From: Vezdaea acicularis
Lineage: Eukaryota
Reading direction: 5' to 3'
Assembly: GCA_026025075.1 (NCBI GenBank)
Contig: JAPEUI010000005.1
Coordinates: 62,001-126,000, forward strand
Length of the DNA stretch: 64,000 bases
The notes below the pieces were generated by a model that worked only from the letters and a program-made list of their open reading frames with translations, had not been told where the DNA came from and searched no databases. Positions within the stretch are counted from its first letter, which is position 1. Each line of letters begins with the position of its first letter. The translations under genes and the position numbers were made by a program. Positions 38,041 through 51,560 of this stretch are shown in pieces.

Positions 38041-41000
38041 TCATGCCCTTTGCTTCGATGTCGTTGTGGGGACTGCGAAAGGTGCTCGCTCTATGCCCGT
38101 ATGAGGCTTGCGGTCGACACCAACGTACTCGCCGAAGAGGTAAGTATGTCTCCTGGAGAGAATATGTCGTTCCCTTTCCCTACTGGTCATCTGCGACGTT
38201 TCTCGGAAATCCAAAAGAGCATGGCTAGCCGCAAAGTAGGGAATGGCCGCCGCAAGGGTTGTCGGGAGGCGAGGTAAGAAGGGCTTCGTTCGGAAGAAAT
38301 AGAGCGATATAGCAACCATGATCGACAAAGCAAGGATCGACTCGATAACCCAGAACATTGGTGTTGAAAGAAAGATCCTATCGGTGGTTATGAGAAGCTC
38401 ACCTGCAACTGTCCTTTTCGTGGACGGAGTGGAGAGCAGCGCGTCGGTGTTGGTGCCGAGAATTATCGCTGATAGGCGCTGGATGAGGTCCTCCAGCCGT
38501 GGGCTGACTTGCTCAAAAGTCGGTATGGGCATTTTGGGATCGACCAGCTCTGTGCTGCTGTCAAGAACTCCAAGTAGATAGTTGATCCAATTAGATGGTA
38601 GACTGTCGTTGTGCCAGACTCCAGCAACATCTCGAAAGAAAGGAGCGAGCTGGCCCTGGATATCCGTGGGCCTGCTAGCGAAAGACTCCTGGGCCGCAGG
38701 TCGTAAAGCGTCTATGGTCTGTACCTGTTGTACATTTCCTTGACTGTCGACTGTGACCCGTGCACTCCCAATGCCAATCTTTGGACGGCAACCGATGAAC
38801 GTTTGATCCCACGAGTTAATGACGAATGGAATGTCGGTCAACGGGTCAATCAGATCTGTTGCACCCTTCAGATCTATATCCGCTCGAACCCATCCATTCA
38901 CGACCATTTCTCTACAAGCGTCGATGTCTGCCGACGAGCTGGAGTTTCCGGCGGCGGCATCTAACGCGAATGATAACTCCAATGCCACTTTTCCGTTAGG
39001 GCTCCCTCGAAGGGCACTTGGCGATCCTTGAAGCTTCCATGGCACGCACTGCACAGTCTGTCCTTGATCATTAAGGACCGTTATATTCATCTCAAGATCG
39101 CCAATGCCGGTGAGGTTGATGTTGATTGAGTTGTCTGTATCTTTTAATAGAGGTATGCAGCTCGCATTAACTCCAAGAGAAGTGGTCGTGCTGCGGAATT
39201 CGCTGGGAGATAGAACACCGCCATCAGGATAGAAGGGTAAATAAAATGCGTTTGCCGTGGTCCATTTTGGTAAGAGAGTGCCCTTAGTGATGTTCGACCT
39301 CTCCACGTAGAACTGGTCGTAAGTACTCTCGGTGAACCCAGTTCCATTGTTGCTTAGGTTCTTAAATACTGCTTCCCATGGTTGGACAAAATTTGTACCT
39401 TGGCTGATTGATGTGGGGGAAATAACGAAAACTGCGCTGAGGGCGACAGCTAATAAGTTAGCTAGAATCGCCATGCTACATACGGCAGTCAGGAGATAGT
39501 GACGAGATCGAAACGCTTCAACGACTGTGAGTTGTGGCGGAAGTGAGCTATAGCTAACATTAAGTGCTGCCGTAGAAGCCGAACTAGGCTTTTGCAGCTC
39601 TTCATATGGCTTTAATATGCATAATAGCCGGTTTAATACAACCCAGAATGGCTCCATCAAGGTAGCTATAACGGTTGGCATGAAATTCAAGATTATGCCA
39701 GTGCCCAGAGCCGTACTTGATGGAGAAGGCAGACCTATGATCCTTGTTAACAAGAAACTATGAGCTAGTACGGTGGCTTATACCATTAGAACTACGACTT
39801 TTGGTTTCCAAAAGGCTGAACAACAGAAGGAATGAAAGAAGAACACCAACGAACACCATGCCGACCGGTTTACGTAACTCAAGGGGGCAGAAGGGCGCGG
39901 CAACTGGGTCTTCGGGTGACTCTCTGCTGGAGGAGTTCCCACTCGAATCCTCAGATGGCCCCCCTGGTCCGGCTACCCCTGGTCCAACTTGCAAATGAAG
40001 GAATCCGTCAGGTGACTCTTTCAATACGCAAGACTTGTCGTGTAAAAGATGCTCAAGTTTGGAATTCGTGGCTTGGTCTTTGTCCGCAAACTCTGTTAGC
40101 AAACTGTCGCTATCAGCGACTAGCGACATGCTCGCAGCGATCGTTGTGGGGTCGCTCCGAAGTTTGTTGGCTCTTCGATTTGATATGTATAGGATTGACC
40201 CGGCAAGTAAGACTAGGATCGCGAGAAAGACCTCGACAAGGATTGAGAATGTTCGGATAACGACGACAGCCCCCATTTCCCGGGTTCGGACACCAATGCT
40301 CTCGGTAGCATTTGAGTAGTCCTCTACCAAAACGGCAGTCATTGCTCGGGCAAAGAGAAGCCTATGAGCAGCTTGGAGAGCATTGTGCAAGATATCCGGG
40401 TCAAGATAATCTCCCGGCGGCCTAGGATCAGCCGCAATAGCATACCCGATCATATTAGTAACCGGATAGAGTATACTGTAAGGTTGAAGTCGAAAAGCCT
40501 GAACAGGGCTTGCAGAAGTCGGAAGGTCGCTTCGATCGGTCAGCATTGAATCACCAGCCGAAAGAGTTGTCTCAAAGTTGGTAATATTGAACAAGTCTAT
40601 AGGTAGCCCTCGTCTCTCACTCCGTGCTGAGGTTGAGATGATCGCCTTGGCTGGGAGAGAAACTGTTGCCATAACGTCCTGTGCAAAATAGCTTGGCTCG
40701 CAGAACAGAGCGGTAGCATTGTTTGCAACACCATACTCGCTAGGATCCGTTGAGGTCCGCGAAAACAATGCAAGGAAGTTATGGGACGCGTTGGGTGGGC
40801 AGCTGCCTTGTAGAGAGAAATCAGCAAGACCATTGTCCCAGTATCCAGTGTAAAGAGCGGTAAAGTTCTTGCTCTTGTCGGGAAGATAAGGATTCAGCTG
40901 GATATTAGACACGTCACAGCCTTCACCACTAGAATATTCCATGCCCGTGGCTTTCTTAGTTTGCTTTGCTGGCCAGCATCGAAGATCTGAGCCATATAAT

Positions 41001-42472
41001 GTCGTAAGTGCTGTCCAGGTCTCGTTACCCAGCGCCTTCTTACTGGGTTGTTTGAGTACAAACGGCGCTATAGCAATCTCTTTATTCATGTACGGCGGTA
41101 ACGTCTCGTTAAGCCAGGAGATGCCAAAAACAGAGTATGCATACTCTGCGTTCAGTCCAGTTGGCTGTTGCGCAGCTGAGAGATATGCTGTTGACGTTGT
41201 CATACTCAAGGCTTCAGTAACGTTCACAGTTCTTGTTGTGAGAATGCCACTTTGAAGAGGGGTGATGGCCCAGAACACTATCACCATACCTGTGCCTGCG
41301 CATACAACAGACCAATGCCTAGATAATGTTAGCCGCATGCCCCCGCACTATTAAATTATGAAGCATGAGCCATAGTCTTCGAACCCCTTAGCGAACTCTC
41401 TTTTTGCCATCTGGCCTTAGTTTCGAACAACTGGGCAAGAAGACGTTCCATTTCCTGGTACCCTAGGATCTCGAATTTCGATGAACTCAATATATCTGAT
41501 TTGGCTGTGTAAGATGTCGGCTGATGATTTCAGGAGAGGTCTCCGGCCGCCAGCTCTTCTCAGCACCTTTCATACGTTTCTCTTCTCCTGATATCGACAT
41601 TCATCTAGTGTTCCTACGGTCGTAGGTGACTGCTGGCGAATGAGTCTGTTGAAATCAAGCAAATACTCCATAGAGGTGACGTGGAAGTTGAAAATCTGTC
41701 GCGCAAAGGGTGCGTTGTTATGCATGTTAGCTCACACAGCAACAGGCGGCTGTAAGTTGATGAGCCAACGTGTTCCTATCCAGATAGATATCCTAGGAAG
41801 TTGTCGTGTCGAAGCCGGCCAGGATGTTCGAAGGCTTTGGCTCAACAAGATTCTCACTTACCGTCTTTGTGCTGCTCTAATTGGTACCAAAGCAAGAAAG
41901 TCAAAAGGATAGTGAAGAAGGACGGAGTGTTGGGCACTCGCCCCGGCTGGGCGTGACAACTGAAAGTAAGGCTCAAGTCTCTTTACGTCAAGGTCCACCC
42001 AACTCCATATCATACTAAATAGTACTGCAATGATGGTCGTAAGGTAGAGATAAGAGAATGACTGAAGTTTAGAGAAATTTGCGATTGATGGGGCGAAGAG
42101 TATGCCGCCATCACGCACGCTCTTTCGTGATAAAAATTCGAGGACGATGATTAAACATAGACAAATCAATGAAACGCCAGCGAGAATGGGTGCTTGTAAC
42201 GTAGGCGGTAGCCAGGGCTTCCGGCTTTTATCTGCAATGGATCTTAATTAGTCTTTTCTCAAGCCATTCTCCGTCCCAAGAGCCATATGCGACTACCAGA
42301 ACATGGAATTGGCGCGATTCCCCTTCGCATTTTGTCCGAAAAGGATTCAAGGATGTTAAGGTGTCTTTTTCAGCACTCCCGAGATTTTCTGCTTGCCAAA
42401 TACAAACCAAAGATCAAGTCCATGCTTACCTGAAACATTTTTGTACCTGCCCAATAGGGTCTTCCATGCCAT
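38041..42472 (-). CDS. DUF3433-family fungal multi-pass membrane protein (two repeats)
   Basis: W.P.TL..P.L, YLTTIIAVLFSMIWSWVDLDVKRLEPYFQLS...SVLLHYP, HWSV, ITPLQS. Second repeat PTVIATLMEPFWVVLNRLLCILKPYEEL...YSSLPPQL and FLPRLPTTLAAAI.YFAAS. Introns 42231-42429, 41319-41861 and ~39735-39783. Confidence 0.85.
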
Positions 42473-43244
42473 CTTTCTCAAAACATCTTCTTTCGACTTG
42501 ATAAGATCTTCGGTTTCTGAGAGGCTTTTGGCAGCAAATACAGTAAGTACAAATTGTCAGAGCTAATACATAATGACCTGTACGCCCAATACAATAGCAT
42601 TAGGATAAACTCAACTAAACCACAAGAGATAAGTGCGAGGTAAGGCTATGGAGATATAGGCTTCGCTGTACAAGATGTTGGTTTAAGCGCCATCTGCACG
42701 CGCCGAGTTCAGCCGCCGCCGAGGCCGACGTGAAACCCGCCGTAATCATCGAAAAATGAGAACTTTCCGCCATAGTAGGTAGGTGTGCATGAAAGCCTAG
42801 CCTAGTGTCCAACAAGCTCCTAAAACGTCTGATGAAGGGGCGAGAGTTCATCTCACGACTTGGGATATGTTCGTCTCGTTTTGCCGCATCCTTAAATCTC
42901 CTTTCCAATGCTGTTCCGTGCTTGCCGCTGTATGGCTACGGACTGGTTTCGTTGAGATGGCAAAACATTCATTCAATGCGCGATGTTTTGGTCGCAGAAT
43001 CGATCCGTTGATTTGCTTGAGCATGGAAGTAGTCGTCGAGATCCACGTCGCGTATCACTTAGCAAGCAAGATTGCTCAAGGGTGAGAACCCTAGCCTTGT
43101 GAGCTTGCTTAGCGAGAGCCTCCACACCACAAAATTGTTCGGCTGCGATCATCACGACAAAATCATCGGGACGCCCGCGAGCATTCCTCATCACCAAGAA
43201 CAGACGCATTCAAACATATTGGTAGACGCAACCCATCTGCCAAC

Positions 43245-44547
43245 ATGACGAGTCGACCAACGGTATCGATCCACTCGGCCGATGGCTCGCACAGTGGGTC
43301 AAATCATCCGCTTCCGGCGGTCTTCAGGTCCCCAATCCGCCCAGATATTGTGCAGTATGTCTCTCCTGCTTAGAAAGCAAACTTGAATGGAAGACTGATT
43401 CCCAGCAGGACCGTCCATACTGGCATGGCCAAGAACAAGAGACAACCATACGCTGTAAGTGAAAAGGCTGGCCACCAAACTTCGGCAGAATCGTGGGGTA
43501 CTGGTACGTATGGGGTTTCTATATCTCAATCCATAAATCTCATCATCGAAACCTCCGCTAACTTTCAGTTCTACTATAGGGCGTGCTGTTGCTCGTATTC
43601 CACGTGTGTCTGGTGGAGGTACACATCGTGCTGGTCAAGCTGCATTCGGTAACCAATGTCGTTCTGGGCGTATGTTTGCACCAACCAAGGTCTGGCGGAA
43701 ATGGCATCAAAAGATCAATCTCGGACAGAAGTGAGTACTCCGCTTGTCAAGCCTTGCCAATTCTTCTTTTCTTACAATCCCCAGGCGTTTTGCAACTGCC
43801 TCCGCTTTGGCCGCATCCGCTGTCCCATCTCTCCTACTCGCTCGTGGGCATCACATCTCTACAGTCCCTGAGGTACCTCTCGTAATCTCTTCAACTACCT
43901 TCGCCGGTGCTGCTATTGGTAAAACCTCCGCTGCACTTGCCCTACTCAAGACCGTCGGTGCTGGGCCCGATCTTAGCAAAGTACGCAAGTCTCGCAAACT
44001 CCGTGCTGGAAAGGGAAAGCTACGAGGTCGACGACATCGTCAGCGTCGTGGGCCATTGGTTGTGTATAACCCAATTGAGGATGGCAAGGAGCTCAGTCAA
44101 GCCTGTCGCAACATTCCAGGTGTCGAAACATGCTCAGTATTCGCCCTAAATCTTCTTCAACTTGCACCTGGTGGTCACCTTGGACGTTTCATCATATGGA
44201 CATCTTCGGCTTTCGCGGCTCTTGACGAGATATACGGATCTACCACCGAACCTTCGCTTCTCAAGAAGGACTTCCTTCTACCATCCAACCTAGTCTCAAA
44301 TGCCGATATCGGTCGACTCATTAACTCCTCGGAAGTCCAGGCTGTTGTCAGGCCAGCAAAGGGAACGTCCTTGACGAAGCGGGCTGGCGTACAGAAGAAG
44401 AACCCTCTCCACAACAAGCAAGTACTTTTGCGGCTCAACCCGTATGCGGCTGCATATCATAAAGACAAGTTGGGGCAGCACAAGCTAGAGCAGGGTAAGC
44501 CAGAGAGGGCTGAGGGCGTTTTCCCTAAGCTATTGGCAGAAGACTAG
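43245..44547 (+). CDS. RPL4: 60S ribosomal protein L4 (uL4)
   Basis: [94 protein letters not shown]. Three introns. Confidence 0.98.
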
Positions 44548-47500
44548 TATGGAACGGGTGATGTTGGTTGAATAGGCTCAACGTATAGCACAATCAAGGA
44601 CGATTTGCTATTATTCACGTGTGAACGTTAACCGTGCTGCATGGAAGATGTCAATGATAGTACCATTAGCGGATCGTGGGCCGCTTCGATCTGAAGTGAA
44701 CACAAGCATGGACAGCCACTAGCTTAGGTAAACTACAATCAATTGTGATCAATCACTTCTATATAATCAGAAATGTGATCAAGCTGTCCGATGCCCCAAC
44801 AGTTTGCACACCGTAACAGCTTTCCAGCCCTCGGAGACATTTGGCTCACGCGGCAGAGCCCCTGGCGCAGGGCAGGCACTGGCTGAGAAGCGTGTAACAA
44901 TACCTTTCTGACAGCTGCAAGTGATGTCCTGCCGTACGATGTGGAAGATCGCGACTGAGAAAGGAAGTCTATTCCCCAGTATCCTTGCTGTGGATGTACT
45001 CAGATCTCGGAAGAAGGGCGCTAGGAATCTCGGGCGCAAGTAGGCAGCGGCTCTGATCGCCGGGGTGACAATTCCGTTTGACAACAGAAGGCCGCTTGCT
45101 CGGACGGCAATGGGATTTACCTGAAAGTGGCGTCTGACGGGACCTGGCTTTTGTCTTTCAGGCTGATCGTAGACGGAACTTCCCGCCATTCTCGTTTGTA
45201 GGCCTGCTGCTTAGCTAAAGCTCGGCCCTGATGAGCAAAGCTCGGTCATCTCCCAATAAAGTCGATGTCCCCACAATTAAAAAGGCGCCCATGAAATCGC
45301 GTGATGACAGGCTAACTCGCCTACCCATGGCAGAGTTTGGCATAACTTCAGACTGTCAGCCCTTGTCATTACTGACATTCCGACCAGTCAGCACTTGGAA
45401 GCTTTACACGAGTTTTGCCTGACTACGCTAATCATGCTGCCAGCAGCGCCGCTGGGATTTGATGCTTTCCCCGTCTGCCGCTCCCTGCTTTCCTTTCCCC
45501 CGGTGCTTGGCAGGATGGCCAAGAGGTGGGAATGCGATGTTGAGAATATCCAGGCCTCTTGGCTGTCGAAATGGCACAGGCTGTAGTGGTGGCAAATCAA
45601 AAGATGCGGGTGTCTATAGCAGACGTATTTGATTGCTTGCTCGAATAGGGCTTCGTTCTCTCGGAGGATTAGAACCATGCGACTCGTTGCATCGCTTTTG
45701 CAGACGGGGAATCGGACGGATGTCCACGTCTGATCGCCCGGAGCGCCAAAGCCTTCGGGTCGCCAATCAGACAGGGAGCCGTTGTAAGATCGTGATGATG
45801 CGACTCCTTGCATTTGCTGTGATGAGAACGGTACACGACCGCCCGATATCCCACATCCCAGCCGGTCTTTACCGTCGATGAGACGTAGCCAAGTGCTGAT
45901 AGAGTTTTTCTCCTCCAAGAAATTCATTCAGTAGCCACATCTATGGCAGTATGTCTTGTGTTGGTTCCTGCATACTGATTTGACGGAATTTGCCGACATC
46001 TTCAAAGCGGAAGTTTGAGATACTGACAGCCAAGGGGAACCAGCTAAATATTCTGTGGGACATGCATTCGCTGCCATCACGACCATTTTTTCCGACTTTT
46101 TTAAGTACTGCGACGGGGCTATACCCACACGTGGGTTCATGAGAGGTCCTGTTCTGATTTAATTGACATTGTACCCTAGCGAATTATGGAAAATTTCTGT
46201 CCATGGTTTCACCGCTGCTCTGCACGATTTACAAAGAAATTCATGCATTGTAGTACTGCGCATTAATTTAGACCTGATGAGATTTTTGTGATCTAAGCGA
46301 CCTCCACAAGTCAGCGTGGTTTGATCTCTGCGACTCACAACAGAAGGCCTGAATCTGGAGGATAGGGGAAGCCTCCGCTGGTGACCCGTATGGTTTGACT
46401 ATTGAGGCGGGGAATCATGTTCACTAACCACCCGGGTTCTTTCTCCACACCGAATAGTCTCTGCCAAGTTCAGAGCCTGCAGGCGCAGGCCTAGGGTTAA
46501 TAGCCTAATGCCTAGTCGCCTAACTCGCCACTATCACAGCCACACATGTCCAAAATACTCAACGAATTCTTCATACCGTTCTTCCTTTCGCGCAGGTTCC
46601 GGATTTGATGGCTACGGCTGCTTCAGCCGTTCCTATGCAGAACCCGTCATCTTCCGATCAGCAGAATTAGGGAGTCATCTTCCAAGCAGGAGACATCATT
46701 CGGCTGTCCCTGCAGCAGAGTCCGAATTCAGCTAACGCCCTTGGTGAGCCAACATCGGAACCCACCCTTCTTAGACTAATTGTTCGATAAGGCCAGAAAT
46801 ATCTTGGTTCTATCTTCCATTTGGATTTCACAATAATACTACCTGCACGCCTTTCTTAACGATCTCGATGATCAACGGCACGTTGGCTGCCACTGTCGAT
46901 CCCTGCTGCAACCAAGGTCATCTTCTGCTTCTGTCCTCCACAAACCCCCACGAACATGCCCGCGTGCATGTTTTGGATGTACCAGTGATTGAAGTTCTAG
47001 ATCACCATGCTTTTACTTGATTGAAACTTGGCGGCTGCATTTTGCACGAAGCACAAGCTACCTGACCACGCTGATCTTCTTCAAGACGATGCTTATTAGG
47101 GTCTCAATTTCTTTCGCAATCTAGAATGCTGAATCGTGGACGCGCGGCTAGGAATGCCCGGCTGACCAAGGCTGAATGTGACCGTACGATGGCATTGGCT
47201 CCTCACTTGCTCATGTTAGCGCATGAATCACAACGGCACAGGCCCACATCACTGATCGACTAAAATAGGAGATCAAGGTGTGCGACCATTCAAGGCTCAT
47301 GCCTTAGGCTGAAGGGAACGAAGAGCACCGACAACACGTCCATTCCAGAGATCAGACGTTATTGTCAACGTTTTGTGATGACACCCCCACGCTGGAGTAC
47401 GCGACCCGAGGGAATGCTCGGAGGCATCTCCTGCCTGGGAAATGTTACTCCTCACCAACGAGGGGCTAATAGTCTAACAAGGGAGAAGTGCTATCAATGA

Positions 47501-50500
47501 GGACAAGGGGTCATATCTAGCTCTCCTCAAGCTGCGCCTGGGGACCTTTGGAGACATGCTGGGAGATGAACAGTCCCGGCACACCAGAGGCTGGGTCTAT
47601 ATGTTGCACCAGTCGACTACGCTACGGCCGTAAGTACGAGCAACCCGCGATATCGAAAGTTATCGCCAGAGTGGCGAGAACGCAAAAGCCTAGATGATAA
47701 CAATCACCCTTGCCTACAGAACGTGGAAAGAATTCTCTACTCGATCGTGCATTTAGTGATCTAAATCTCCTGCAGCAACGGGTTGACCCTGCTACTGATG
47801 CGGCTACGGAACATTTTGGTAAACTAGCCCGGGCAGAATAACTTAGGGCATAACTTGAAGGATTCCTTAGAGCGTGAGTTAGGATATCTCAAGATGGAGT
47901 GCCTCTAGTCATTGAAAGGCCGGCAGAAAGTTAGTGCGCCAAGTCTGGGCGATCGGCAGATCTCGCTAATCTGTTGGATCAATGTATGCTGCGCCGCAGC
48001 CAATAAGCTCATTTTTAGCGCGCTCGACGCGGCGGGTGATGACCCGCGCACTAGGGGTTTCCATTTTCTGACCAACGTTTTCTGGTCGGAAGCTGCCACC
48101 ACTCTTTTAGTATTACGACACCACATCGAAATCGCCGATCCAATCCTAGACTCCCTCTGGAATCGCTACTTTCATTTGCTGGAAACCTTGAAGATTTCGT
48201 CTCCCGGCACAAGTTCACACAAGCTTCTTCTAGCGCTCCATCCGTCGCTGATTTTAAGCGTCGCGCCACGAGTCCCGATAAGTAATCCTCACATGGAAGC
48301 CCGCCTACCAACGGTTCTTCGAAGATCTGGGGCGCTCGTAAAGATGCGTGGTCGGGCTTGCCTAGACCATTCCTCTAATTTAACGCACCTGAGACGAGCG
48401 GGAGCGAGAAAAGCTCGTGGTTTGTGGGGGCGTGAAAGCGACCTGTGCCTCCGGATCTTCTGACGGAGAATCCGACAGGTCCCCCACCCTTGTTCTCGGA
48501 TTTATCAAAAAGCCTAATGTATGGACACGCATCGAAGAGACGACTACGTGGATTCAGCGCCCTAGACTTGGGTTTATTCTTCAGCTGACGTGGTCTGGAG
48601 CCCTTAGCGTGGGAACGCCAGAATCTGGGGACTACTCAGAGTTAGACCGGAATTCAATCGTGAATTTTTGAGAATTTGACATTTCTACGAACGGACGCCG
48701 GCAACAAAATCATGCGAACAAGCTGACGGCAGGCTGCATTAGCTGAGGCGCCACGGGCGGGAGTCGATTGAAAAAGCCGTTCAAGGATACCATCCCTTCC
48801 TCCCTGTATTGGGTGAGTCCGCCATTGGTGGTAAGGGTAGGATGTCTAATCCATAACGAATATGGATCAACGGATCTCACTAGTGGAGATGGCCAGCTGA
48901 GTGGGCTTCGATTTTGAACTATGCCTGTTATTGACGTCATCAACACCCGCAAGAAGATCATGCTGGATTTTCCTTTACTAAATTTGCTTCTTCAGCTAAC
49001 CCCCGGCCGCGCTACACGAGCCCGGCTTGCAACTACAGCGATCTCTACCGTCTGGACCCTTCCCTCTTCGCAAGGATATATTTCAAATCATGAGCACGAC
49101 AGAGTTGGGCGCCCGCCATCAATGGGAGCGAGCCTGGAATCTGAAGCATATGCTGGATGGCGTGAATGCGCTCCCTTGACCATAGCTGCTTCGGGGGAGT
49201 CGGGTCCTCTCAAGGCTGTTAACATGGATTTGACAGTTCGCTTGTATTGGAAGCCCCAATTTCTCCGAGCCTGGTGTCACCTTGCGGTGCCAATTCATGG
49301 CCTCTAGCGGTACTGAACCCGTTCTGCAGTTTTTCATTCTGCAGGGGTCCCCCGGGCGCGAGCTGCGCCCTCGCCCTGCTCAATAAGCTGGGCAGGGGTG
49401 TGAGAGGAGGTCGCGAGGTTGCTGTGGAAGGGGTAAGGATATGTGGAGGTGTCTTGCGCGATGCCGCCGCCCGTCGCAGATCCCCAGGTGAAACTAGGTT
49501 ACAGTTGAAAAGGGCTGTGCGACGGGACACAACATCCACCTCTGCGGTGCGGCGGATCGACTATCTTTCATCCCTCGAGAGACTGCGTCCCTACAATAGA
49601 AACGACGGCTCTCGGTGGAAAACAAGGCGACGCTATGGCTTCGTCGGGTGGCAAGCGTCTGACTGAGCACGGCCATTCCAGGGTCTCTGGGAGGCAGCAC
49701 ATAGCGCGGGCTTGTTGTAATGGCAAATGGGGGTACGAGCCCTCTGCTCACCTGGGAGCTGCACGGCGCTCGTTTCAGTCAGACTCGCGCATTAGTTTGC
49801 AGCACAAACATCATCCTGCGCCGGCGCTGGGAGGAAGCTACGACGGAGCAGGCAAGTCGGCGGGTGCAACGAAGTTGAAATGCCGGCCGGAAGACCCTAG
49901 GCGTGCTGCGACGATACCGAGCTTGACTGGTATCCTCACCAGCCGGCGGATGTCCCAGCTTGTACCGCTGTGGGGGGTCTCCTTCGCCAGTCCGCCCGCT
50001 GGCTGAGGCCAAGCAAGCGCATCTCTAGTTTCCTGCCGCTGGCTTCTTACCCTTCTCTTGGGCGATCTCCGACCAATGGACCGGTGCCGCTGGAGGTACT
50101 ACTGTACCACGAAAGCTAAAAACACACGCGGCCTTGGTCCATCCACATTCACGTCGACCGAATGTCGAATGAAGGTTGAAACTTCGAGCTAGTTGCAGTC
50201 CGCCGCCTCGGCTCCGCTCGCTGGCGGTAGGGACGACGTTCCTCCCCTTCTCCCCGCGGCTGCAGCGCGGAGTGGGACCCGCCCTCCGGGCAGCACAGGT
50301 ACGAGGCCCGACCCTGGCCTCGGCCATTTTACCGGGCACCACTTCTGCTTCCTTCCTCGCCTCCGCCTCCCCGGTGGATCGCGACGTGCGTTACAGGGGA
50401 CGTGGCAGGCAGCGTCTGCATCGGCATCGGGACGAGCGCCAGCGCGACTATCGCTTGCGGGAGAGCCATCATGTTATACAGCGACGGCGACGATGACGGC

Positions 50501-51420
50501 GACTGCAACTGCAACTTTTGTCGACGAACCGGTGCTCGCACGGCGTCATGCGCGCTGGGGCATCGTACAGGATGGAGTAATGCAGTGAGTCAAATAGAGC
50601 ATGTCACCGCGATGTCCTATTTGCGCGCCAGACAGTCTCGGGCGCCCGCAGAGGCGCCTACTAACTGTTCGTTCCGCCCCCCTACTCTCTTCCTCCCCCT
50701 ACTACGAGTCCTCGGACCCCCACAAACCAGCCCCCATCTTGCGTGTGCTCGCTCGCTGCCGTCGAGCTTGTCCAGCTATGGTAACCGGCCGTGGCGCGCA
50801 CGCGCCGTGAGAAAGACTAGCGCCACTGACGATCCACGGCGAGAGCGAGGATCACACAGTCCGCACGGTTGCGGGCAAATGCTGGTGTCGCCCGCTCCGT
50901 CACAACAGTAGAAGCGCGAAGTTCGGATCCAACCATGCATGGAGTGAAGCCGCACCCTCATTGAGCCAATTGACCTATTGTCGTCGTGATCCCTCCGGAT
51001 TTGCGGTAGCTCTAAAGAGGTAGTGCGGCCGATGCTGCAGCTTGGCGTAGCGTGCTCGAACCCCATTGCTGGTTACTCGCTACACCCGTCGCTCGCCCTA
51101 TTGTGGGCCTTGCTCTGTCGTGTTTGCATCCACCGTCTTAGTGAGCTTCGTCTCAATGCGACGGACTGGGGGGGGGGGGCCTGTGCGGGCCGATCGTCTC
51201 GACTACCAACGCCGCGCTCCACGAAATCGCGGGCGGCACTAACGATTCCTAGTCCTGGTCGGCACCCGCTAGCTTGGGCGAGGTGTGATAGACGACGAAG
51301 CCGACTCGACCATTAAGAGAGCTCTAGAGAGTGGGAGACGCAGAGAGAGGGAGGGTAGCGGAAGTCCGAGCAATGCACAGGAGACGCCGTAGAAAGGTGA
51401 GTGGTGACTGAGGATTGTAA

Positions 51421-51560
51421 AGTGAGAGTGAGTGAATGAGCGCGAGTAAGAGAAAGACGAGAGACAGAGACAGAGAGAGAGAAGAGAAAAATGAGAAAAA
51501 AGAGATAGAGAAAGAGAAATAGAAAGAGACGCAAAAAGAGAGAGAGAGGCAGAGAGAGAA
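51421..51560. repeat. GA-rich polypurine/microsatellite-like tract
   Basis: ~140 nt composed almost entirely of purines (gagagacagagacagagagagaagagaaaaatgagaaaaaagagatagagaaagag...). Confidence 0.8.

Noticed and set aside
45819..45899. GTGATGA ... CTGA spaced like a box C/D snoRNA
   Set aside because: There is no terminal stem, and the segment before the D box resembles LSU rRNA in the sense rather than antisense orientation, so it is not a guide. A snoscan/Infernal search would settle it.
46488..46502. CCTAGGGTTAAT as a possible telomerase RNA template or telomeric seed
   Set aside because: The reverse complement reads TAACCCTAG, not the TAACCCTAA expected for a TTAGGG template. No other TER elements were recognised and there is no tandem TTAGGG array.
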